Shown here piece after piece: positions 8,756-16,784 of a DNA stretch of 20,703 nucleotides. How positions within the stretch are numbered: the first letter of the stretch is position 1; the number at the start of each line of letters is the position of its first letter. Made by a program: the position numbers and the translations under genes. This DNA is from Candidatus Thorarchaeota archaeon (GTDB taxonomy: Archaea > Asgardarchaeota > Thorarchaeia > Thorarchaeales > Thorarchaeaceae). The stretch spans positions 1 through 20,703 of the forward strand of contig JBHLQH010000038.1 of assembly GCA_048884965.1 (NCBI GenBank), written 5' to 3'. A model generated the notes under the pieces. That model saw only the letters and a program-made list of their open reading frames with translations. It was not told the origin of the DNA and searched no databases.

Positions 8756-9970
8756 ATGGCAACTGATGTAGTATGTGAAGCTGACTATGCTGAGAGGTAT
8801 CGAATTCTTACCGCTCTCTCGTACATCCTTTTCGCGATGGGGCCATTGGTCGGGAACGCAGTACTAACTCTACTTGGGGCAATATCTTCAGACTTTATGA
8901 TAAATCCCACTGCAGTGCTTATTGCAATTCCTGCATTCATGTTCCCTTTTGCGATCATTCAGTTGTTCTCAGGTGCTCTTAGTGACATGTATGGAAGGAT
9001 TCCCGTTATCGTTGTCGGACTAGTCGGATTCTCCATAGGACTCCTTCTCACAGCGGTCTCACAAACAGTGGAAACCTTTGCTCTAGGCAACTTTCTATCT
9101 GGTGTTGGTTTCGGTTTCGTGAATCCTGTCCTACTTGCTCTACTATCAGATTGTGCTCCTCCACAGGATATACCAAAGCGGATGGGCATTGCATCCGCAT
9201 TAGGCTCTCTTAGTGTAGGACTTGGTCCATTCATTGCAGGCCAGATGCTAGTTCTCGGATGGTCCTCATATTATATCATGTTCGTTTTTGTAGCGATAAT
9301 AGGACTAGTAGCTATTTCTATTGCAGTTAGACCTCCTGTGCATAACATTGAAAGGGCTGGTGTTCGTGTTTTACTTCATAACCTTCGTCTTGAACTCAAG
9401 AGACCTGTAGTCATGGTCCTTCTAGCAAGCTCGTTCTTTGTCGCCCTCACCTATCTAGGCACTCTCATCTGGACCTCACGAGGTCTAACCGGTTCTCTGG
9501 ATGAAGGATTAATTGGCATCATTCTGCTTGGCGGAGGTATCGTTGGTAGCATCTTGGGATTCCTTCTTGGTGCCATCATTCGCAGATTTGGATTGCGTGT
9601 GCCTTTCATCATGGCCATGCTTTCACTGTTCACAGGATTAGTCATCCTGATTTCGATTGAAGATCTCACATCATTTGGCTCGCTCTTTCCTTTGCAGGCA
9701 GGAATCATTTTCGTCGCTGGAGCAGGTGGGCTTCTCCTACCCCTAATGATAACATATAGTCAGATACTATCACCTGAACGTCGTGGTGTGTTGGCTGGTA
9801 TCGTAACCTTTGGATTCTTCCTTGGTTCTGCATTGATACCCATGATTTATGAACCCTTTTTCATTTTGAGCATGCAGTGGCTCTACTTCAGCATACTTGC
9901 TGTTGGAATCCTCTTATTGCTTTCAGTTACGGTGCTTTATCGTATGGCAGATTCGAGTAATTCTCACTAG
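8756..9970 (+). CDS. MFS transporter (DHA1/drug:H+ antiporter-like)
   Basis: 404 aa, about 12 hydrophobic segments; MFS motif A GALSDMYGRIPV, motif-C-like LGPFIAG, and PERRG in the second half. Confidence 0.92.
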   Translation: MATDVVCEADYAERYRILTALSYILFAMGPLVGNAVLTLLGAISSDFMINPTAVLIAIPAFMFPFAIIQLFSGALSDMYGRIPVIVVGLVGFSIGLLLTAVSQTVETFALGNFLSGVGFGFVNPVLLALLSDCAPPQDIPKRMGIASALGSLSVGLGPFIAGQMLVLGWSSYYIMFVFVAIIGLVAISIAVRPPVHNIERAGVRVLLHNLRLELKRPVVMVLLASSFFVALTYLGTLIWTSRGLTGSLDEGLIGIILLGGGIVGSILGFLLGAIIRRFGLRVPFIMAMLSLFTGLVILISIEDLTSFGSLFPLQAGIIFVAGAGGLLLPLMITYSQILSPERRGVLAGIVTFGFFLGSALIPMIYEPFFILSMQWLYFSILAVGILLLLSVTVLYRMADSSNSH

Positions 9971-10111
9971 TTCGGAGGGAGAACAAGCATAAACCTCATC
10001 TATTTGAATCATACCAAACTCTTACTGTAGGTCTTCTGAATCAGTCACCATATCTTATTATTGGCAGAGAATCATTTGGAGAGCTTGTCAGAGTTAGCTA
10101 TGGTGCTTCGC

Positions 10112-10450
10112 ATGAAAACGAAAGAAACAGACTGGTCATACATAACAGTTAGGTATGATGAGAATACTTTTACTATAGAATTTGATAATGACAAAGAACA
10201 CTGGGAGAAATCATATCAATGGACCTCGATTTCGAGAGTATGCTTCAAGTCCTATGATTATGGTGCACCTCATTTCTGTTATCTCTACTTCAGTGACAGT
10301 CCCGATGAAATCATCATGCCTGTGGAAGAACAGGCTGGCTGTGTCGCCTTTTGGAATGAACTAAAGGCAAAGGGGTTGTTTGATCCAAGTAAGGAGAAGT
10401 ATGCAGAATACTCTTCCATACCTGAATTCAATTGCCATGATGTAGAGTAG
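10112..10450 (+). CDS. Hypothetical protein (possibly PH-like beta fold)
   Basis: ATG at 10112 after GGTG; alternating beta pattern followed by a C-terminal helix (WTSISRVCFK...FWNELKAKGLF). The fold is a guess. Confidence 0.65.
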   Translation: MKTKETDWSYITVRYDENTFTIEFDNDKEHWEKSYQWTSISRVCFKSYDYGAPHFCYLYFSDSPDEIIMPVEEQAGCVAFWNELKAKGLFDPSKEKYAEYSSIPEFNCHDVE

Positions 10451-10702
10451 GCGCTCTAGAAGGAGGAGCCCTCGATGTGAATGGTTAGGCAATCCATGAG
10501 AGGGATGCATCGAAGATTTTAGGCGAACAAAAACTGATCATGAGGATACATGGGAATGCTGAGGGCTTGATTTTTGAAGTATCATTGAACGCACCATATC
10601 TATCGAGGTACACCTTAATTGAAATCAAACTCCTTCGGATTGTGCTAATCTGGTATCCTTAGTTTGCATCAGATGAAAGAGCAAAAGCACCATATGATTG
10701 GA

Positions 10703-12478
10703 TTATTTGGAATGGACCTTAGAACGCAGTTCCCGAACCATCTCCGCCTCTTCTTCTCTTCCTAGAAAGTCAAGAAGTCCTGCCTCTTGGTCCATCACCC
10801 AATCACTCAGGAGGGGCTTTGGATACCCAGTTCTCATAACTTCCTCAATATCACCTACGGGGTCATGAACTCTCGTAGCTAGTCTATTACTGTACCTGAA
10901 ATGGTCCTTGCCGAACTCATAATGCACTCCTTCAGAAGTGAAGAAGGTATTCTGCTCTCCTTTGTATGGAAATAACGAATTCGGACTACCCCACTCCTTG
11001 TATACAAGGCTACCATCAACCACTTTAACAGCGATATGATACATATGAATTCCATAGTATCTTGCGCGATAGAGACCTGTCAGTGATTCCAGTTCTCTAT
11101 CATCAAGCACTCCTTCAATCACCTCTGACTCTTGATAGAATAGGTCTACGGGTCCAACTCTACCGCTAAGTAGCGTTACTTTGACCGGGACATTCAGCTT
11201 ATCATCCATAACGAATCTTGCTACTGATGGGAAACCCTCGCTGATGAATGTGGAGTTGCTCTCTGGAGTCATCTCCTGTTCATTTCCACCTACTACAATG
11301 AACAGCTTGCTATCTCTTACTTTAAATCTCACAGCCCCCCATACTCCATTATATAGACCCTCCAACTTTGACAATGTATCAGCTGCAACCTCTTCTGTGC
11401 TACCAATTAGATCGTCCTTTGTTGGCACCTTTCGCTCAATACCTTTCTCCTTCAGAGCGAGGTCGATGGCTTGAAAGACAAGCTTGTAAGAGAGGTCAAC
11501 ATTCTCCATGTTCATCTCGACAACTGCACCCACACCGTGCTCAGGTGCTATAGCGAGTATTCCGGCATAGCCAAAGCCACCACCTGCGTGCTCAACGATT
11601 CTCACATTGCCTCCTTGGATTATGAATGAACCAAAACCGTACGTATATCCCTCATCACTATCAATCTGAGATGCGAAAATCTGTTCAATCAGATTCTCTT
11701 GAAGTATTTGCGTTCCATTATGCTTCCCGTTATTCAACAGAAAACGAGTCAATATCGCAAGGTCGGATATATTCATCCACGCTCCTCCACATCCGTATGA
11801 ATGCACAGTACCGATATCTATTGGAATCTCTGGATGTTCATGTCCGATTACGCGGTTGGGATTCTTCTTTGCCTCGATACTACCATACGTTATCGTGATG
11901 CCTAGGGGTTTAGCAAGCACATCGTCGACAAACTCTGGGAATGATTTTCCACTTGCTTGTTCTATCGAATAAGAAACCAAATCCATCCCAATATTCGAGT
12001 ATTCGAACTTTGACCCTACCTGACTCTCTAGCCATGTATCTCTGATACTATGAATGTGCTCTCTGAAAGTATGGGATGAGTTATCGCAACAGCCACCTAT
12101 TCGTGTCATTCGCGGGAGTCCTGATTGATGCGAGAGCAAATGTCTGAACACGATCTTGTTACCCTCATCTGATCCCCAGCGGCTCTTTACTTTGAATTCT
12201 GGGAAGTATTCTATGAGATAATCGTCCAGATCGATGAGTCCTTCTTGGATAGCAAACATGAATGCCAACGCATTGATGATCTTGCTTGTCGATTGAAGGG
12301 AGAAGAGAGTTTCTTTGTCCACTTCCCTTACTTTCGTCCCATCAAGATGACCAAAAACCTCTGTCCATAGTATCTCATCATCTGTAACCACCGTCATGGC
12401 AAGTCCAGTCGGTCCTGGTCCTGACATAGCCTCAAGAATCGCCTCTCGTAGAGTCCTTGCAATGTGATCCTTCTTCAT
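10703..12478 (-). CDS. Serine hydrolase, beta-lactamase/AmpC-like family, with C-terminal accessory (DUF3471-like) domains
   Basis: SxxK (FSLQSTSK), LLSHQSG, YSN (FEYSNIG) and HAGG motifs; two C-terminal 'GLY' beta modules; no signal peptide. ATG at 12478 has a GGTG RBS; the ORF extends to 12493. Confidence 0.9.
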   Translation of the reverse strand: MKKDHIARTLREAILEAMSGPGPTGLAMTVVTDDEILWTEVFGHLDGTKVREVDKETLFSLQSTSKIINALAFMFAIQEGLIDLDDYLIEYFPEFKVKSRWGSDEGNKIVFRHLLSHQSGLPRMTRIGGCCDNSSHTFREHIHSIRDTWLESQVGSKFEYSNIGMDLVSYSIEQASGKSFPEFVDDVLAKPLGITITYGSIEAKKNPNRVIGHEHPEIPIDIGTVHSYGCGGAWMNISDLAILTRFLLNNGKHNGTQILQENLIEQIFASQIDSDEGYTYGFGSFIIQGGNVRIVEHAGGGFGYAGILAIAPEHGVGAVVEMNMENVDLSYKLVFQAIDLALKEKGIERKVPTKDDLIGSTEEVAADTLSKLEGLYNGVWGAVRFKVRDSKLFIVVGGNEQEMTPESNSTFISEGFPSVARFVMDDKLNVPVKVTLLSGRVGPVDLFYQESEVIEGVLDDRELESLTGLYRARYYGIHMYHIAVKVVDGSLVYKEWGSPNSLFPYKGEQNTFFTSEGVHYEFGKDHFRYSNRLATRVHDPVGDIEEVMRTGYPKPLLSDWVMDQEAGLLDFLGREEEAEMVRELRSKVHSK

Positions 12479-12663
12479 CGAGCAATGCACCATCCTGTGA
12501 ATAAGGCGCTCTTAGAATTGGAGTAGTAAAAAGAACATTGCTCGGAAAAATCGAGTATATTTAGTATTGGAAAGGAACGGTTTCACTCTATCTGCTCGTT
12601 CTCTGAAAATAGGACACTTTTAGTTGAGAAGGATTATCTGGAAATTTGTTGCATGTTCAAGAC

Positions 12664-13002
12664 ATGAGAATCTCACACTTACATCCATGCGGGGCATACT
12701 GTGAAGACTGTCCAAGCTACAAGGGTAAGAACGAACCCCAATGCTCAGGATGTACAGAAACTAAAGGCAATCCTTGGTGGGGTGAATGCAAGCTATGCAA
12801 ATGTGCCCAAGAGAGAGGAGTGGAATATTGTGGAGTATGCAGTGAATTCCCATGTGAAACCTCTATTACTCATTTCGACCCTGACAACGCCGTTGGACAA
12901 CGGAATGCTGTTGTACGGATTGGCGTCCAAGCCTACAGGGCAAAGCACGGGGATGACAAGGCACTTGAACTTGTGGAGAAGCTACGTGCGTTGGAGCAAT
13001 GA
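12664..13002 (+). CDS. DUF3795-family cysteine-rich (metal/Fe-S-binding) protein
   Basis: PCGAYCEDC...CSGC...CKLCKCA...YCGVCSEFPC pattern typical of DUF3795. Confidence 0.85.
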   Translation: MRISHLHPCGAYCEDCPSYKGKNEPQCSGCTETKGNPWWGECKLCKCAQERGVEYCGVCSEFPCETSITHFDPDNAVGQRNAVVRIGVQAYRAKHGDDKALELVEKLRALEQ

Positions 13003-13180
13003 ATTGGAAATAAGTAGAAGTATCCGGAGCGATACCTACTTTGGAATAGGCAATCTCTTGACTAAAATAGTAAAGAATGAATGCTGGGAAATCCGTCCGT
13101 TTGCAAAGTTCTTTATTGTTCTTATTGAATAGATTGGTACTGTTGGAAACCTTTCCCGCGTGTTTGGGGATGATTTGAAA

Positions 13181-13555
13181 ATGACAAAACAGATGACACC
13201 GTTTGGCGTTTCGATTCTTGCAGCAATCAATATTGTCGTTGGCTTCTTTGGTGTTCTAGAAGGTGTTACACTTGATTTCATAATAGTAGGTGGTGAAATC
13301 ACTCTTGTTGGTTCCTTTCAGCTTGGAGCCCTCTTCATAGGTATATTCCAGATTATCGCTGGTCTTGGTCTCTGGCGTATGAAATCTTGGGCTTGGTATC
13401 TTGCTGGATTTGTCACTATCATTGGCCTTGTGACGAACTTCCTAATAGTGTTCTTTGACTTTTCCCTTCTATTTGAGTATCTTATGGTAATACTGATGCG
13501 TATTCTGATATTGATCTATCTTTTCCAGAAAGATATCAAGAGCAAGTTCAGGTGA
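13181..13555 (+). CDS. Small four-TM membrane protein (DUF2127-like), paralog 1
   Basis: PFGVSILA N-terminus; GLGLWRMKSWAW motif; four hydrophobic helices. Confidence 0.8.
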   Translation: MTKQMTPFGVSILAAINIVVGFFGVLEGVTLDFIIVGGEITLVGSFQLGALFIGIFQIIAGLGLWRMKSWAWYLAGFVTIIGLVTNFLIVFFDFSLLFEYLMVILMRILILIYLFQKDIKSKFR

Positions 13556-13574
13556 ATATAGGATAGGTGAGATT

Positions 13575-13964
13575 ATGTCTGACGAAGATTCGAAACCAGC
13601 GAGCATCGCTTTGGTTGCATTGGTGACACTTGTTGTGGGTGTGTATGCCATCTCGATAGGGTTGACCGTTGTAGCTGATTTGGTAGAAGGCACTCTAAAT
13701 CTGGTTGGAACTGTACAATTCGGAGCTCTTCTTTTTGGAATATTGCATCTAATAGGTGCATATGGAGTCTGGCAAATGAAGCCTTGGGGACGATGGATTG
13801 CCATAGCATCAGCTTCTGTTGGACTACTGCTAAACATAGCTACTGTTGCTCTTGCTCCACTCTTAGTCTTCCAATATTTTATTCCAATGGCTATCCGCGT
13901 CCTAGTGTTGTACTACCTCCTAGTATCTCCAGTAAAGGACCTCTTTTACCAAGATATCTACTAG
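13575..13964 (+). CDS. Small four-TM membrane protein (DUF2127-like), paralog 2
   Basis: AYGVWQMKPWGRW motif; GGTGA RBS; 19 nt downstream of paralog 1. Confidence 0.8.
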   Translation: MSDEDSKPASIALVALVTLVVGVYAISIGLTVVADLVEGTLNLVGTVQFGALLFGILHLIGAYGVWQMKPWGRWIAIASASVGLLLNIATVALAPLLVFQYFIPMAIRVLVLYYLLVSPVKDLFYQDIY

Positions 13965-13975
13965 TAACAAGTCCA

Positions 13976-14020
13976 TAGAAAAGGACAGAGCATCTCAATT
14001 CTGTCCTTTCTATTTTCTTT
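13976..14020 (+). terminator. Inverted repeat plus T-tract after the membrane-protein pair
   Basis: TAGAAAAGGACAGA ... TCTGTCCTTTCTA (near-perfect 13-bp stem) followed by TTTTCTTTT. Confidence 0.6.
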
Positions 14021-14160
14021 GATTATGAATGTTAGCAGGATAGGGTACAAGTTCCGAAACGAAATGACTGCATCTAGATACTACCCGAGCTCTAATTGTG
14101 CTTGAACTAAATGTTCATCATCTGTTCTTTACAAACATCGAATAGAGGTTGCGACTAGAT

Positions 14161-14958
14161 ATGGATGAAAGCAAGGGTTATCGAATTGAATCTGTCCCAA
14201 AGTCGAGGAAGCTGATTATAGAAAGCTGTGAATTCGCTCTACGGAAACACAGAATGATTGGGCTCTTCGAAGCAGATGTGACCGATGCGCGAAGAGCAAT
14301 TCAAAGACACAAGGATGAAACTGGTGAATCCATATCCTTCACCGGGTGGATATCAGCATGTGTTGGAAAGGCTGTTGGAGAGTACAAACAAATGCATGCA
14401 CTTATGATTGGTAAGAAGTACGTGATCTTTGATGATGTCAACATCGCAATTCTCGTAGAAACAGTCATTGAAGGGAAGGCATTCCCGATCAACTACATCT
14501 TGAAATCAGCCAATACTAAGACGGTCATGGAGATCAACCAGGAAATTCGCGATGCCCAAAAGAAGAAAGAAGAGGATTATACCAAAGCTGACGAAAACCG
14601 TGGACTCGATATCCTCCTTTCTGTTCCTAAATTCCTGAGAAATATATTGTTCTGGCGAAAAGCGCGAAAGGATCCTGAATTCATCAGCAAACGAATGGGC
14701 ACAGTCACGGTGACGTCAGTTGGTATGTTTGCTAGATCTGGTGGCTGGGCTATCCCTTTAGGAATGCATGCTGTTAGTATTGCTGTGGGCGGAATTACAG
14801 AGCGGCCTGGATTTGTAGGTGACAAAATCGAGAGAAGAGAATACTTGTCACTGACCATAACACTGGATCATGATGTTGTTGATGGAGCTCCCGCCACACG
14901 CTTTGTATCCCGACTAGTGGAGCTCTTGGAGGAGAGCTTTGGTCTCCCCTCCACCTAG
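14161..14958 (+). CDS. Stand-alone 2-oxoacid dehydrogenase E2-like acyltransferase catalytic domain (CAT/E2 fold)
   Basis: GTVTVTSVG and LSLTITLDHDVVDGAPATRF (HxxxDG catalytic motif); no lipoyl or E3-binding domain. Confidence 0.9.
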   Translation: MDESKGYRIESVPKSRKLIIESCEFALRKHRMIGLFEADVTDARRAIQRHKDETGESISFTGWISACVGKAVGEYKQMHALMIGKKYVIFDDVNIAILVETVIEGKAFPINYILKSANTKTVMEINQEIRDAQKKKEEDYTKADENRGLDILLSVPKFLRNILFWRKARKDPEFISKRMGTVTVTSVGMFARSGGWAIPLGMHAVSIAVGGITERPGFVGDKIERREYLSLTITLDHDVVDGAPATRFVSRLVELLEESFGLPST

Positions 14959-14983
14959 TGCACAATATTCTCAACGACCTCAA

Positions 14984-15100
14984 TCAACTGGAATGTATAT
15001 CAGAGCGTAGTTTCCGTATCTCTTCAGCTTCTTCAAGGCGTCCAAGGAAATCAAGTAGTCGTATCTCCTGGTCAATCACCCAATCCGTGAGCATGGGCAT
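14984..15100 (-). pseudogene. 3'-terminal remnant of a paralogous beta-lactamase-family serine hydrolase gene
   Basis: Minus strand reads MPMLTDWVIDQEIRLLDFLGRLEEAEEIRKLRSDIHSS*, which aligns ungapped with the C-terminus of the 10703-12478 protein (PLLSDWVMDQEAGLLDFLGREEEAEMVRELRSKVHSK*): 25/37 identical by hand count, with the stop codon at the same position. Confidence 0.85.
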
Positions 15101-15169
15101 GCAAAAGGCAAGAGAGCAATGATTTTCACAGTCCATATTCTTATGTGATTTCACTTTCATCTACAATAA

Positions 15170-15964
15170 GTGAAGGACATGGAAGACAGTGAAGAGATTC
15201 GACGAATCTGGAACATTCGTGAGTACATTGATGAGATCGAAGGCATCAAGAATCGAATCGTAGAGCAACTTCATCTGGATTCTATCTGGATAAATGATGT
15301 TAAGGACCTCTATTTCCATGTGGTTTCGTCATGGCAATTACTCAAGTCTTGTCCGGTTTCGGAGGGTACTGAGCTCGAAGAGCGAGCTCACAATGCCAGG
15401 AGCTATCTAGAATTAGCCAAAGACAAGTATGCTCAGGTCCAGAGCGAGCTCGATGCAATCTCTGGAACAATAGCGGTTAAGATGAGTGGACAGCTTGAAC
15501 GAGCCTTCATCCTTTACTTTGAGGCCATGTCAGATGCACTTGAAGTCTATCTTACTGAATCAGTGGAGATTCCTCCTGAAAAGATCATAAGGACGGAGGG
15601 TCCACGGGAGTTCTACCTAGTATGTTCGATATGCGGCGCAACTTGTGTCACCATTAATGGGAATCCTGATCAGACTGGTAGTACGGATCGCATAATCTAC
15701 AAGGGGATCACGACAGGCACTACCCTCGATATGAATCGTAATGAACACATCTTTGATATGCTCAAGAGAGAGGCTTTGAAGGAGCTGCATGAGTATCTTC
15801 AGGAGAATACGTTCCTTGAGGATGGGATAGATGCGTATTGTCCGAAGTGTGATACAGTCTATTGTGGGATTCATATGGACACTCAGGTCGTATATGATGA
15901 TGGCTTCTACGACTGCACCTATGGAACCTGTCCTGAAGGACATAGACGAATCATCGATGACTAG
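15170..15964 (+). CDS. Hypothetical protein: N-terminal helical bundle and C-terminal Cys/His zinc-binding domain
   Basis: Amphipathic helical N-terminal half; CSIC, YCPKC..YCGIH and CTYGTCPEGH motifs. Start is GTG 15170 or ATG 15179. Confidence 0.8.
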   Translation: MKDMEDSEEIRRIWNIREYIDEIEGIKNRIVEQLHLDSIWINDVKDLYFHVVSSWQLLKSCPVSEGTELEERAHNARSYLELAKDKYAQVQSELDAISGTIAVKMSGQLERAFILYFEAMSDALEVYLTESVEIPPEKIIRTEGPREFYLVCSICGATCVTINGNPDQTGSTDRIIYKGITTGTTLDMNRNEHIFDMLKREALKELHEYLQENTFLEDGIDAYCPKCDTVYCGIHMDTQVVYDDGFYDCTYGTCPEGHRRIIDD

Positions 15965-16073
15965 ATCAGTCACACGCTAGTAATTTTCCAATTGATTTTG
16001 CAAAGGGTTTATCTCGTTGCGCAAGAACGGTCCTTGCTTAGAGCGTGAGTGAATACTAGAAGGAGAACTAGCA

Positions 16074-16709
16074 TTGACTGAGGACAGGCCACAAATAGGT
16101 CCGGATGCACCGTTCAACCTGCAGGAGAATGCACGCAGATATTTCAAGAATGCTGAGTCATTCCGTGAACAAGGTCAGCATAGAAGTATGGCTGAATGCT
16201 ACGAAAAGGCCTTGGAACTTGGTAAGGCAAGTGACACTCCTGATGGGCTAGCAATTGCAGCGGAAGCATGTCTCTACCTCGGCCATCGAGCAAAGACACA
16301 TGCCGCATGGGGCCTGGCTCTAAAGCACTATGAGGAATCCATTAGCCTGGGTCGAAGATCCGGCACTCCTGAGGGGCTCTATGCAGCAACAAGAGCCGCA
16401 TGGAACCTGGGGAACACCCTCGAAGAAGCTGGGATGGAGGGACTTGAAGATGCCTTTCGTGATGCGATTCAGCTAGGTCGAGCATCACAACTTCAAGCCG
16501 CGTTGGAAGTGGCTGCAAAGGCTGCATTCAATCTTGCTTCAAACCTGTACCCTGATGAGGGATCTGTTCCTTCTGAACAGGTTGAAACAATCGCAGAGGT
16601 ATGGCGTGAGGCTATTGAGCTTGGCAATGAATGTGGAACACGGGATGGCAAAGAGGTTGCGAGCAAGGCCACACGTTATTTGTCAGAACTAACGCAAAAC
16701 GAAGATTGA
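16074..16709 (+). CDS. TPR/SNAP-like alpha-solenoid protein with four ~43-aa repeats
   Basis: Repeats YEKALELGKASDTPDGLAIAAEA / YEESISLGRRSGTPEGLYAATRA / FRDAIQLGRASQLQAALEVAAKA / WREAIELGNECGTRDGKEVASKA; GGAG RBS before the TTG. Confidence 0.8.
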   Translation: MTEDRPQIGPDAPFNLQENARRYFKNAESFREQGQHRSMAECYEKALELGKASDTPDGLAIAAEACLYLGHRAKTHAAWGLALKHYEESISLGRRSGTPEGLYAATRAAWNLGNTLEEAGMEGLEDAFRDAIQLGRASQLQAALEVAAKAAFNLASNLYPDEGSVPSEQVETIAEVWREAIELGNECGTRDGKEVASKATRYLSELTQNED

Positions 16710-16784
16710 TTGAATGAGGTTCAAGTACTCTCAGGCAAAGATAATATGGATTCATTATGGTCCTTTCACAGGGTGAAGGATATA

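Noticed and set aside
8646-8762. N-terminal extension of the methyltransferase overlapping the MFS start head-to-head
   Set aside because: A TTG at 8645 with a good RBS gives a normal protein and leaves a divergent promoter gap.
10451-10702. 250-bp gap containing AGGAGGAG and short ORFs of 40 aa or less
   Set aside because: The RBS-like sequence is not followed by a credible ORF, and I found no homology or RNA structure I can support.
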